Positions 1-13,162 of a stretch of 64,000 nucleotides of DNA are shown piece after piece. Source of the DNA: Amoebophrya sp. A120 (taxonomy: Eukaryota; Protista; Dinoflagellata); the NCBI GenBank assembly GCA_905178155.1, contig CAJINV010000003.1:8251117-8315116 (forward strand). The letters run 5' to 3'. The translations under genes were made by a program, and so were the position numbers. Numbering within the stretch: position 1 is the stretch's first letter; each line of letters opens with the position of its first letter. Under the pieces are notes generated by a model. That model did not search any database. It was not told the origin of the DNA and worked only from the letters and a program-made list of their open reading frames with translations.

Positions 1-73
1 ACGCGCTCCTGCTGGGCCAAGGCATGAAGACAGCCGGAGTTGTACGAACATCCGATCAAAAGCAAATGCCAAC

Positions 74-2103
74 ATGCGCGGCGCTGGCACGACACGCATA
101 GGCATCAAGCGTGAAGATACTAGCGATCACCGGATATTAGAGCGAGCAGCGGGTTCTTTGTCATCAGCAGCATCCGGAAAAGTGATGAAGGGCAATGTTG
201 AAAGGAACGGAGCGGAACCCGAAGCGACGAAGCAGGTCATGAAGATAGACAGGCGCGTGGACAACAGCTGTGTTCGGGAGAAAAAAGTGCAGCGACATGA
301 TGAAGCTGCTTCTTCACCTGATCGTCGAGAAAACCCAAGTACAACGACCATGGCGAAACAAGTAGGCACCAGAAATAAGGCAAAAGAAGGAGGGACTGTC
401 GCAGAGGTGTCGTCTTTATCAAAATTTCAGCGTCCACCTTCAGCTTGTTCAAAAAAAATGTCACCAAGATCGCGGGAATTACATTTGCTCCGGGACTCCA
501 GTACCAGCAGCAGCTCCAGTACCAGCAGCAGCGCACCACCCACAGAAGTTCATGTGGAGGACGAAAATGATTTCGCGGGAACCGACCGACCAGCGTCAAT
601 GGCCCCGTCCGAAGTGAGCACTTTGTCGCATCGTGGTGCATCCTGCTCTTTAGCATCTGCTCAGCAAAAAAGCCTCCACACTTCCAAAACTACAGTGTCG
701 TTCGGGGAGAAGGCTTGGCGGCTACTAACAACGAGTGGCAAGAAGAAGACTCCTGAAGCGACTCCTTGCATCACAAGCGACCTCGGTGATGAACGCTCCG
801 CAATATTACGTGCGCCACCTGCAAGCCGTCGCCCAGCGCCTTCAGCCAAGTCGCCACGTCTTGGCATGGCGGGTGCAAAATGTAGTAGCAAAGACTTTTT
901 TACAACGACGAACAAAATAAAGGTTTCCAGGAGACCCAGACATTTTTACAATCCATAGTGGAAAAGCTGTTGCAACTTCTCGCTGCGGCCACGCCGGAGG
1001 AGCAGGAAGAACACGATAACGACCCGAGTGACACCAGTTCTATGCACACGAAAAAATCATCCTCCGTCGGCAACAACTTCCAGCGGTGCAGGTTGCTCCT
1101 CACCGCCCTGGAGGCGTACCGCATGAATCCGAACATTACGGCGACCATTCTCAACGAAATTATCCCATTGTTGAACAAAAGCAAATCCCACGGCGGCATG
1201 CACCTCTGCGACCTCGCCTTGCCCTATTTTGCGGGGCTGAAAAAAGCCTGCGCGGGGCAGCTGCCAAGGTTAGCGGAGATTTTGGAAATCTGCCGGAAGT
1301 ACTGCAAGATCCCGTTCAAGGGCTACATCGCGTTTTACCAAAACGCCGGGCCTCTATTTCCTCTCCAACAGGAAAGGCAAACCGCGGAGCAATTGGAAGA
1401 ACTGTTTCTCCCGGACGACACTTTATTTGACGAATTTCTCGGCTACCGAGAAACCTTTGCGGACGCGGTCTATGAGAGTGCACAACCCCCCCTCCGACCC
1501 CCTCATTTGTAGTACGGCATGGACAGCAACACAAGCACCGGCAGAAATGTAGCTTCCGCATGACAAATTTACGTGCGGACTCTAGTAGGTACTGTTTATG
1601 AGCTTCGGAAATTCGTCATGCAGACAGAGCTCATAGGCACCGTGTGGATTTGGGTTTTCGCATTACAAATGAGGGGGAAGGGCGGGAGTTGTTGTGCAAT
1701 GTCATACGGTTCGAGAGATCGTAACCACCAGCGAAGAGACACTGGCGGTTGTTCGCGGCTCTTTGGAAAAAGTTTCCGCGCTTTTCCAAAAAGCGTCGCA
1801 GCTGCAGGTACAAGCAGAGACCGCGAAACTACCCTTAGTGAACCTTCCGCACCCGAGCGGGGCGGGGGCCGCGGTTGAGCAATTGGATGATTTACTGCTC
1901 GAACTCGAGGAGCATTTCTTCTTTTTGAGCTGTTTAGCCCGGAACATCCAGGGACTGCACATGCCGTACAATGTAGCAAAGACTTTTTTACAACGACGAA
2001 CAAAATAAAGTAGTTTTTACTCAGGATATGCATTGGAGTCGAGCTGCTGCAGGGAATGCTCACTGAAACAACGAAAGGATCACTGTTTAGACAGATATGG
2101 TAG
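74..2103 (+). CDS. Multi-exon hypothetical protein (ORFs 74-864, 963-1470, 1712-~1962, ~2034-2103); may start upstream of the window
   Basis: The first three + ORFs join in frame once the TIR elements at 865-957 and 1471-1706 (each +5 nt) are removed (...PRLGKLLQLL..., ...FADAVREIVTT...). The last junction is ambiguous. No recognisable domain. Confidence 0.55.
865..957. mobile_element. Short, internally deleted family-A introner containing the 33-bp core motif
   Basis: Right end gacccagacatttttacaatccata is a family-A TIR; left end catggcgggtgcaaaatgt is degenerate; flanks cttgg/gtgga. Removal +5 nt joins ORF 74 to ORF 958 in frame. Confidence 0.55.
1471..1706. mobile_element. TIR introner (non-canonical intron), 236 bp
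   Basis: TIR tatgagagtgcacaac / gttgtgcaatgtcata with a longer imperfect extension; TSD cggtc/cggtt; removal restores the frame. Confidence 0.85.
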
Positions 2104-3105
2104 AGGAGTGCGTTTTATTTTCTGGCGCGTTATTGTAGCTCTGGAGAGCCAGTCCTTTTTTCCATTGTGCGCTTTCCCACCCCCTTTTTCAGCGTGCTCT
2201 CATCGAACTTGAGCTCGAGAACGAACCTATACCTAAACCTCATGCACGCCCTCCCAGTGCAGGATAGATGATGATGATGATGATCACAGAGGTATCAGCA
2301 TGGATCTGTGTGTTATGGATCTTGGAAGAAAGATGATGGGCTTGGTGCGCCTTGGTGCCTTGTTGCCCCGCCGACAGAAAGAAGGTCCACGTCTGGCGAC
2401 GGGTTGTTTAGAGGTTCAATGATGTTGTTTGCTTTCAAGCTGCGCCAAGGGAGAATAATTTGTCCGATGGATAACATTCCACTAATTTATTGTTTTGTGG
2501 TGGACACTCATGATGTCATTTCCAACTTTTGCTTCTTTTCCGGCAAATGCTCCCCAGTGCAAATGCTTTTACTTTGTCTTGAAAGGAAACTAACTTCCAC
2601 TTTGACTTTTTCCACTCTTGAGATGCAGTAATCATTCAGTCATCTGGTTTGTTTTCTCTCGGATTTATCCCACAGCTGGAGAAAATCTCTCAGTTTCTGA
2701 TCGTTTGTAAACGTACTTGGATTACTTCTAGAAGTAAGGATTGCAATTGGCTCTCCTGGTCCTCACCACTCCCCCCGCATGGAGCCTGGGGCGGCGCGGG
2801 GGATAGTCTTGGAGGGGAACGTGTGAAACAAAATGACTTGCACCCGACCAAATCCCAAAGCTCATCACTGCCTCGCCTGAAAACTAGTTGCAGTTCCAGA
2901 CGCGTGCTGCAGCTGTCCAAAAAGCAGCTTGGGCTACGTTTATTAGTATTCTACTCGTGCATTCGCTTTAGCCACCACGCCACTATGCTTGGGAAATGGA
3001 ATTCACGACGCTGCATGGAGCTGAAGACAGTGCGGATCTCATTCTGAGCAAAATCGCCGCCTGAATGAAGGCTCCGAGCAGGAGGCGGGCCGCACCTCGA
3101 GGAGA

Positions 3106-4589
3106 ATGAACGCAGGTGACTTGACCTTCGGGGAGGAGCAGGAGCGAGAGTACGTCCGTGATTTCCTCGGAGCTCCGGGCGCTGGGCTTTCGAGCGAACC
3201 CATAGCAAGGGACCTGCGACAAAGACTGAGTAGGGCGTCGTCCTCCGAAATCGACGAACGTGATGAATCACCCGCCGGCTCCTACGCGCACGTCCGGAAG
3301 CCTGCTGCTCTTTTCGGTAGTTTGATGCTCAGGTCGATTTATTTCTCAAAAAACTTGATTGGATTCTGTTTTTCGTGCGTTCGATCGGCACAAGGAGTTA
3401 AAGACTCGATGCCGCTAGTTTCTATCAAGTATGTACGAAGAAATGGATTTGGCGAGTAGGTACGTCTACGTGGTCGGCGAAGTTGTTTGCGAGCGCCCCT
3501 TGCCAGTGCAGGATTGTAAACCTGAGTCCACAAAAATTTCACGTCGCAGGCCCTGCGCAGACGCCTTCTCCAAGGCGGCCGGAATGTGTCACCAAAAACG
3601 CCGACGAGGACACCGACGGAAGAACGCCGAAGCGCGTGCCGTTTCGGCAGGGAAGCGAGAGCAGCTGGAACCTTGCGCCAGCATTTATCTTCCTGAAAGA
3701 CTTTTTTACAACGACGAACAAAATAAAGGAGGCCGCAAGGAAAGCTTGTGTTCGCAATTCCTCGCGGCCAAGGGGCAGAGAAAGAGATTGTATGCGCATC
3801 CGCAGGAGCCAAAGTGAAAGTCTGGCACCGGGAGGTGTCGCTAGGAAGGCGTCGAGAGGTCGTTTTTTTCAACCAGGCGAAAAAGAAGAAATGAAAACAA
3901 GAAATCCACCGAAAAAGAGACGCGCATCTTTGATGAGGCTAAAACTGAGTGGTTTTTTTTCCTGTGAGACAACAGACTCAGACGAGAACGACCTTGTCCT
4001 TGAAGACGATCTACACCGTGTGCATGTTGCAGAAAGACCCTCCAGCACTCGCACCCCTCTGAGCGTCGAGAAAATGGTGCGGCACTACAAGTCCACTGGG
4101 TCCGGTGCATGGAACAAGAACGCGCGCAGCTGGAACCAGCGAAACTCTGCTGCCGGTTGGCGTCAAGACGAGAACTCTGAGAGCGCGACGAAGACACAGA
4201 ATCAGTGCTCTACTTTGCCGAGCACTAGCGTGGATGCGGACAGTAGCAAAGTAGAGTTCCATGCTGCTGCGCGCCTGTTTCGGGAATGGATTTTGTCAAC
4301 AACGCGATCTTCTGCTTCGCCTTCGGCGTACATCGATATCGTTGAGGATGGCCTCCTTGCAACCGGGAACTATCGGATTCCAAGTATGGAGGAGGTGGAC
4401 CGGGTTTCGGATCGCAAAAGCCTCTTTGAGTTTTTCGCCAAGTCTGTGGGTTCGCGATTTCCTTCGGCCGTCTGCACGACAAAAGGCGCTCTGCATGAGA
4501 TAGCAGATAACGAGCACCCCACGGATGGCACTGGTCGTGCACCCGCAACGCAGTCGCTGCCCCACGAGAAATGGTTTGTCTTCTTTTAG
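3106..4589 (+). CDS. Hypothetical protein, exon structure unresolved
   Basis: Long + ORFs 3106-3459 and 3483-4589; no recognisable domain. Confidence 0.4.
3671..3742. mobile_element. Putative 72-nt in-frame intron/introner remnant carrying the 33-bp core motif
   Basis: IR ccttgcg...cgcaagg, DR ggaa, encloses aaagacttttttacaacgacgaacaaaataaag; length is 3n. Confidence 0.45.
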
Positions 4590-4946
4590 AATTTTTTATC
4601 AACCGCCCTGATGGTGTGCGACCGTCAGAGCCTAATTCGTTCTGGTATGCATGCGGTAGCGATGTCGCTGTCGACGGTTTGATGTACGAAAATCTTGGAG
4701 GCGCGATTTTACCGCTATCAGTAAGTAAGAACCAATCCAGGCGGCGTGCGCCGCGTGGGAAAAAAATACAAAGAACCTTCAGCGTAGGCCTAAGATTAGC
4801 CCGATTTGTGTGTCTGTCCTGGAAAAATGCTACCAGTAAGTATGTTAGAACCAAGTAAGTACCAAGACTTCATGGGCGGCGGGAGTAAACGCAAAATAAA
4901 TCACAGTGGAGGTAAATGAAAATAAAAATGTCATTTTTTATTCAGG

Positions 4947-7900
4947 TGGGATTGGCGTTCGACTTCGACTGCGAATCAGCGTTCGGATCAGCATGCGAAG
5001 GCAGGCAAGGACGACGTGACAGGACGAATGCAAGAAACGTCTGTAGTTTTGGAACATCAAAAGAGAAACGGCGAGGGCTCCAGAAATCGCAGGAAGAAAA
5101 ACCTTCCGTGGGGCAACACAACAAAAGCAAAATTAGAGGAGCTGGAGCACAAAAGAGTTGTAGATATCGAGCTTGGTAGGAAGCGACACGAACAACAAGA
5201 CCAAGGCGCTAATATCGTAAAAACAAGCAGTAGCAAAAGTGCGTTGAAAGCAAGGGCAGCCTGGGAAGACGGGAAAACCTTCAAGAGAAAGGGAGATATA
5301 ATGTCGTCGACAAATAGTAAAGGACAAGTGGCTCCCGCTGCGGAGATGACTGGGGGCCCTTACAACAGCGCTTCGTCCCCTCCGCGTCTCCTGGACGATG
5401 AAAAGTACGCTCGTTACACCTGCTGTAGTTCAAGCAAGCCAGCAGCCAAGTGGAGGACGTCGACCTCGGCGTCAGATGGACGGGAAGATACCTACGAGGA
5501 GCTGAGAGCCGCTTCGTACGCTGAAGTTCTCGGGGACCGCAAGCCCGCGAACCGCGAACAAGTGGACACGACCAGGTTGCAATACAAGAAAGACTGCGGC
5601 GGGGACCCAGCGAGCAGTTGGAGCAGGTTTCATCAAAAATCTGGAACGAGCAGCAAGGCGTACTACGAGAAACAGGACGAAGAATACAACAACTCCAGAA
5701 GTTCCTCCAGTTCGCACTACGACTACTACCCAGCGCAGCGCAGATCCGCTTCACGAGAGGAGCACTATGGAGGAGGCGGGGCCGCGCAAAGAACCCAAGA
5801 AACGGACGAGCCGCCAGCAATGTCAAGCGGGCACGTTGACAGAAGTAGTAAAATGAACGCAAAAGGCAAGAGTAGATCAAGTCTTGCGCGACGACGTGCG
5901 TCCGGTAGTACCGCTCGCTGGCAGCCGTGCAAGGATTCGCCTGATGAAGGTCCGAGGCAAGTAGATCTGTGCACGGAACGGAACATTTCCGCTTTGCCTG
6001 TGCATGACAACCTAGACGACCTCATTCGGAAGTGCGCGGCAACTCACGCACGGCGGGTGTTGGACGAGTTCGCTCGGTACGAGATTGCCGAGGGTCGGGG
6101 AATGGCATCGGCGAACGTGGACCGCAAAAACCGCCGTGTGTACCGAATTCAGAGCGTCGACGGCAAGATTTTGATCAACCGGAATGAAGAGATGCTGGAC
6201 CTGGTACCGAACGGCGGAGGAGGTTTCGTGTCCACTAGGTATTGCCACTACCCCTTGCGCGACCCAATCATCGCTCAGGGCTGGTCCTCGCCGGGGTTGC
6301 CGCAGCCACTGCGCTCGCGACGCGGGGAGGCGCACGTGAAAGAAATAGTGCCTGACTTCTTTTCGTCCCCCAATGAGGACCGAGCTTATACAACTTCTAG
6401 CAGGAGCGACCAGCAAGCGGACGAGAAAACCGTGGCAACGCACCTGCTGAGGATTCCACGCGAAAGCATTCTGTCCGAAATCGACTGGACGAAAGAAGTT
6501 TTCTGTCGCAAGACGGGGAAGCACCGACCAGAGAACATTCAGGAGATCGAGTTGAGTGGCATCCCGAAGTGGCGGTTTGACACGGCGAAAACTCCCTACG
6601 CCGTTTGGGCGCACGTCAGTTTGTCGAGCCACGCGCAGGACAAGCCGCTGCTGATTTACCTTTGTTCTACCTGCAACGAGGACGACAACATTTGCGGGAA
6701 GCCACCGACTATGAACTGCAAAAGTGTCTGGGTCTGGACGAGTCATGCTGTTTTTGCATGACACAGAAGGCCTGGCATGGAAGATCTAGCATCACAGGTT
6801 TCGAGAAGCTTCCGCAATGCCGAATTCGCATTACAAATCCCCCACTTTCCTGGTAGAAAGTGGGCAGCTTTTGCTATCTATGCATGAGAGATTTTTCTGT
6901 GTTCTGAAACGCGCATCACAGGTTTGTATTCTTCCAGACCCAGACACTTTTGCACTCCATACCGACGAAGACCGCAAGAAAGGCCACCCGAACAATGCGC
7001 CCCGGCTTGGAGTGGATTGGGAAAAACTTCAACGTGATTGGGCTCATGTGGAGCAAGCAACGCGCCACCAGCTTCCGCATGGGCCCCACTTTGGGAGTCT
7101 TTGAAGTGCTCTGCGACTTATTCGAGATCCAGTTTCTTGCGTCGGAGTGCGGCGGCGTCGGGCCCGGCCTTCGCCAGCCCCCCACCTTGTGCGGGTTCAG
7201 CCGGGGTGCCATGTCCGTGCTCGAAGTATTCAAGCACTTTCACCCGAATCCACGGAGTACGGTTCTCAGCCCAGACACACGAAGTCGCTGCGCGGGCTCC
7301 TACCCGAAGACCCAACGGCTCTGGGAAAGGTACTAGACTGTCCGTTGCTTATAGTATAAGGTACAGAGTTTGCATTTGCTGCAACATTGAAGATGCGGCT
7401 ACCGCTCACCCTAGTGTGCAAAGAACATAGCGCTTTTTAGACCCTAAAGAAGAACTCAGAGGCTGCCGCTCGGGTGGTTTTTCTTGTATGATTTTCTGTC
7501 GAAATAAGACCACTACATCTGATGGAAGATAGTATTCCAAAGTTGGTCCTCTTGTTCCTACTGTTGTCTGCAATACAACAGGGCCGTGGCGATGTCCATG
7601 TACTTTTTGTCTCCGGACCCGGACGCGCGGTTCTTTCAGCAGTACCTTCGCGAAAATTTCAACGACGAAGAAGACCCTGGGCGGGACCTATCGCTGACTC
7701 TCATACTCCCAGAAAACGACCAGTGGTCTGCGGAGGGAATCTCGGTAATGAGCGCTATTTGTGACGCAGTGAGTCCGCGGGCAAAGCGGATGCGAAAGCC
7801 CCTTTCCTTGCACGAGTGGTGCGGAAGCGGCAAGCCATTGACACACGACTTGCCGCCGAAGACGACCGGAACGTCGAGCTGCCCGTCTCCTTACGTGAAA

Positions 7901-7960
7901 TTGTTCGTGCAGAAATTCCTCGGCGATCGACTGCACTGCATCTCTATGGAAGGGCAGTAG
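4947..7960 (+). CDS. Protein with low-complexity N-terminus and a C-terminal alpha/beta-hydrolase-like GxSxG motif
   Basis: ORF 5016 joins ORF 6950 after removing 6710-6966 (KPPTKTARK); contains LCGFSRGA. A GT-AG intron at 7330-7581 joins ORF 7586 in frame. Start and 3' end uncertain. Confidence 0.55.
6710..6961. mobile_element. Family-A TIR introner, 252 bp, opposite orientation to the other copies
   Basis: TIR tatgaactgcaaaagtgtctgggtctgga / tccagacccagacacttttgcactccata; perfect TSD ccgac; body is the reverse complement of the 30133 copy. Confidence 0.93.
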
Positions 7961-9614
7961 GCGTAGTGACTTTACCGGGTGACTCTAGCCCTGAGAAAAA
8001 ATTACCCGGTTGGTCATGGTCCATGACGCGCATGCAAATCTCTATTGGGGATTTGCATGCGCGCCTGCATAGGTCATGCAAAAAGCGCACGCATATTTTT
8101 TTGAGTCGACTTAGTTATTGTTATTGAGGTGGCGCTTCTTTTGTTGTTGTATGAGGTCGCAGAATAAATAAGTGCTTCCTCGCCCACACCCCCGGTGGGG
8201 TGGTGCGTGGCCTGTGGCGCTCGGCGATGGTGTCCACGAGTACTTCCATGATGATGATGATGACGATGATGAAGCGCGGCGAGTGGACTTGTTTCGGGTC
8301 GTGTATGGTCGTCTGCGTGGCATACTAACATAAAGGGTAGAGTGGCGCTTGTTTCTAGGGCTAGCAGTATGCAGTCGTTAAAGTCACGGACTTTCCCGGT
8401 ATTCTCTTCGAGAAGGGCCAAGACCACGATGGGGGGTTTGATTGTTTTCGAGATCACGCGAAAGTAGCCAAGCTGTTTCTTTGCCCACCAGCGGCAAACA
8501 CTACCGGCTAGGTGGTTTGAACGATCATCTGACGCAAGCATATAGCGTTCTGTGAGGACCACTGTTCCTTGTGAAATTCAGTGACTTGTTTATGCTGAAG
8601 GGTACTTATTCGTATTTATGGAAGTAAGTACTTTGCGCTGATGGGTGTTCTTGTAACGCATGTCGGTGCGCCGGCGACGGAGAATGCGTCTCGTTGTTCT
8701 GCTAAAGAATCGCAGCAGCGCTGCGGCCACCGCCAGTTTCTTCTTCGCGTGCAGGCTTGGCGCATAGGACTGATGTTGCTTGTCGAGCCCAAAGCCAAAC
8801 CAAAACCATAACAAAAGAAATAAATTATGCGCGTAATTCGTTTCGCTTCGTTTGGTTCTCGTGCATGCGCAATGCGTCGAATGTCTAGGCCGTCAACGTC
8901 TCGGTCTTTAATTATTGCGCACTGCTTTATGCAGCATCAGCTGTTGGTGCTTCATCAAGCATGCAGCCAGAAGTATAGCCTTGTTGGACCGACTAAATTA
9001 TATATATGGCAATCAAAAGTCTCCGTTTCGGTTTCCATAAATAATGAAAGCACTCGTCGGTACTTTTTTCAACGACACGATGTAATCGCTCTCGGTAGGT
9101 GTTGTCACAGCATAGCTCAACGAAATGAATTCTTGCTCGAGGAAATCTGATCGTACTTTCTCGTACTGAAAAATCATGTATATAGAAATGCAAAAAGCAT
9201 GAAGTTTATTTCATTCGTTTTGCTTTTGATGCATCGTCGTGGTCGTGGTTCTGTTGCGTGGCTTCGTCCGTCCGTTTTCGTTCGTTCCAACTTCTTGTCA
9301 CGGTTTCAAAAACTAAGACTCCCGTCCACCATGGCTTCCTTCCGAATTACGCACCTACAGAAAAGGCAAAAGTTTTTAGCTTTAAGCGTATGAAGACGAA
9401 AGTAGATATGTTGGCATTCATTTACGTTCCTACACAGGTCCACATTTAGTTGTCCCACCTGCTTAAAAATCATCCCACTCCTCATCTAGGAGTACAAACG
9501 AAACTCGCACCTCGTATTTTTTGCCAAGACTCTTACTTGAAGTGAAGCTGGCGATCTTGTTACAACTTTTTGTCCGTCTTTATACGTATTAAACTGCTCC
9601 GACTACACGCGACG

Positions 9615-10371
9615 ATGTCCACGACCTCTGCCCCTGCACAGAGCCCAGTAGCCGTGCCGGTCAAAGTAGGATGGGAGATGTCGCGAACTCTGACGACGGC
9701 CGCCAAGTCGTACATGGCGGCGGTTCCCAAGCACAACAAACAGCCGTATGTGCAAAAGCCTTACGTGCAGTCGCACCCGGAAATTAACCTGCGTGCAGTG
9801 CACGCCATGCGCATGCGCAACACCTGGAACGTCCCCGTGGGGGAATGGCCCAAAGAAAAGAAGCCGCAATACTCCAACCTCGGCCAACTGGATTACGCAC
9901 GGTCGAAGCGAATGGTGTGTGCACAAGCGCCGAGCGATCGATTCGCTAAGCCAGTAAATCTTATGTTGATTTTTCGCATACGTACCCTTTCGCTTTGAGT
10001 GTGTTTCAGTTTTTGAATTATTGATATTTGTGGATATTGTACGCATGCGTTGTAATGTGTTTCAGTTTCTGAAGTGAATACAGATACAGAAAAAGATATA
10101 CTTACGTTCATGACGAACATGAAAAACATTGCCATTCTGATGCTTTCGATCTTGGATTTTGCTGCTCGAGTCGCAAATTTACGATTCTCCTCATGGACGA
10201 CGATATCGAGCGTGGTAAGACCTCCCAACAACTTTAATACAGATGACCGGTGGCCACACATACGGATTTGTATCGCCCAGCAAGTTGCCGCCTCCGCAGC
10301 ATCCGATTGGTTCCAGCCCGATGACCAAGTACTTCGACAACATGCTTCAGCTAACGGGAAAGCGTGGATGA
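9615..10371 (+). CDS. Small two-exon protein, possibly an axonemal microtubule-inner-protein-like (FAM183/TEX49-type motif)
   Basis: Canonical GT-AG intron 9954-10242 gives APSDRFAKPMTGGHTYGF...HPIGSSPMTKYFDNML. Family assignment is by motif resemblance only. Confidence 0.55.
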
Positions 10372-11439
10372 GATGTACAAAAAAAAACCAATGCCGCTGT
10401 GCTGCCCTGCCCCTGTACGTACTACCATCTTCCTTCAAGTTCAATATTAGGCTAGAAACTAACAAGTTCAAGTTCTCCTTTCTTTGTCGAATGGCAATTA
10501 TCTCCACCGCGACTTCGCTCGGTACCCCCTGCAACTCTCGTCCCTGAAACATCCCCTGGTCTTCACACCTCATATGTAGTCACCATTCGAAAATGATTGT
10601 ATCCCTATCCCCTCACCAAGCCACGAAAACCAAGATTATATCAACATTCACATTGTAGTACATCGATTTTCTACTTCCAATATTCCAACCAACAGCGGCG
10701 CATTCTGTAGTACTGCTCAGGTTTCGAATTTCGCTTTATGTTTTGGAGGAATAAAGCCTCGATATCCGACAGTACCGATGAAATGGTCCCCCTCATTCGA
10801 TTCGGTTCTCTATTTCTTATTCTCTTATTTCTCCCTAATCCTATGTTCATTTTGCGGGTGAACCCCCGAACAGAGACAGCCCGTCTCAGAGCGTAAGTTT
10901 GAACAAAAGAATAAAAACTACCGTCGCAGCACATAAGTACGAATTTCGATTTGACATTTGCTTGCTAGTGTAAACGTTCCGAAAAGAGCAGCCTAAAGCT
11001 GCATGTCGCTTCGTGTTTTTCTTATTCCTCTCCTCCATTTGTTTGCCATTGAGAGCAGCGTGCAAAGGTCTCATGATCAAGATCAGAAGAGCAGCGCGCA
11101 AAGTTCCCCCAAAAGCAAAACGAAGTTGTGTTTTATTTCGTCTTCGGATCACGCATTGTTCTTGGTACATGTCGATTGTCCTCCATGTTGCATCGTTCCC
11201 TTTTGATAAAAGCGAAATCGGCAGTCGACTTCGGGTGACGTGCTTTCCATGCTTCCAGGATGACACCGCGTCCATCTATTATGCCTGGATACTAAATCTC
11301 TTTCCCATCTTTTGTTTTTCTGACAAGTGAGTCGAGCGGATTCATATCTGCCTCCCGCGACCTCGATCAGGGAGCTTCCAGGTGCACGATTGCCGGCAAG
11401 AAATTGTGCAGCTCTACTGCAGTGAGTCTCCACCTGAAG

Positions 11440-13162
11440 ATGTTGCAATTTTGTTGCACAGGAGGATCAATACTTGCTGGGCGGCTGCTTGTAGCGACGG
11501 TCGGCAGTGTGGTACCAATAGCAATATTGAGCGGTCAACTAGTAGGAGTTTCTGCTCTGCGTCTCCGAACGGGATCCCCGCGAGCAGGCGGCGCTGCGTC
11601 GGCTTCAACATCAACCGCCGAGGAAGACGATGATCTTCGTCCGCACGCGGCCGGAGAGAACGTGGGCACGAACATTCGAACAGATGAACATGCTCACACG
11701 CCGGAACGGGAAGGCGGCAATGGGCAAGCGGTACGTCTAGAAGATGAAGAACCTGAGACAGAGCATATCGTACTGGGAACTACAGGTAGTAGGGCCTCTG
11801 TGGGAGAAGTCGGAAGTGCTTGCATTTCGAAGTTCTTACGTAAAAAAGTCAAATTTATTGGATATATGCGTTTTCTTGTACCCGAGGAAGAATGATGACT
11901 CTCTGTGCTGCAAAATTTGTGCGCGCCGGAGGACAGCTTCCGCGTGACATTTTTGATAGCCCCCCTCTATGGTGTGACACGCGACCCTCATCTGGGTATT
12001 TCGTATCGACGAGTCTGGAAGAAAGGCATATTTGTTTCTTGTATCGTTTCCATTGGGAAGTAGAACGACCTCCGTATCGCAGGCATTGTGCTACTTGAGA
12101 GCGCTAGGGGCTCTATTTTTCCGCTCAATAGACCATCCGTTGCCAGTGGGAGAGAATACACAGGAGGACACACATCAGGAACAAGACAACGCGACGTCTG
12201 AGGACATCGTGACAGCTTCGTGGTTTTGGGACGCTTTCGGACTTGGTGACAATACGAGCTCCAATTCGATTGAGGAGCCGTTCCGTGTGATGACGCTGGA
12301 CGGGCCGAAAGCGGTGTTGAATAGCGACTGTCCGATCTGCTTGACAGAGTTGCGCGGAACTAGCGGTGTCGAGTCCGGAGGGGCTCTTGAATGCCATGAA
12401 GAACAAGCGGGAACAAGGGGAGAGCGCCCAGAACAGCTATCTTCTGCCTGGGTCTTTCGCTGTGAGCATATGCTCTGTACGGCGTGCTACCGGCTGTGTA
12501 TGAGTAACATCATCCCTTCTGGTGCACCAGCTTCGGCGTCTGCTTCCGCGTCATCAACCACGTCGCAAGATGTTACAACAACAGGAAATAATCATGCACC
12601 GGGTGATCATCATCATCATGATCCTGGTGATCCGATGCCCGTGACAGCCACTGCGCAGATGACAGCTCATGATCAACAACATGCGGATCATCCTCCTGTG
12701 GCGCCGTCGTACGCGTCTTCATCTTTCTCATCTAGCGGCGAGGAGGGCGTCGATGAACATCAAGGGTTGGTGGTCTCCCCCCGTCAGTCGGGGCGAGCGC
12801 TGGCGCAGCACCACATCAGCACGCTTCTATCCCGCGGTATGCTGTACAACGCGCGGTCGCGGCGACTAGAGCCAAAGTGTCCGCTGTGCCGGTCGGAGGA
12901 CGGCATCTGGTTTGATGGGGAGTCGCTTGAAAACGTATTGGACCAGTACCCGCCCGAGGACGTGATGCCCGCCTTGCTGCGCAGCCCTGCAATCACTGTG
13001 ATCAACAACCAGAATCCCATTCTCGATGCCGGCACGGGACCAGAAGCGTACGGAAACCTGGCCGCATGGGCCTACGGGACTAGTTTTTCATCCGCATCGA
13101 GACCACGGGAGACTACTTTTCAGGTACTCGTGGTACCAGCCTTTTTGTTTTTCGTGTATTAG
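11440..13162 (+). CDS. RING-finger (C3HC4-type) protein with hydrophobic N-terminus and large insertions in the RING
   Basis: CPIC...CEHMLCTAC...CPLCR in ORF 12032-13162; signal-like ORF from 11440; the intervening intron and 3' end are unresolved. Confidence 0.65.

Noticed and set aside
8826-9357. Intergenic TIR element (tatgcgcgtaattcg / cgaattacgcaccta)
   Set aside because: Only a 15-bp imperfect IR, no TSD, and no reading frame to test it against.
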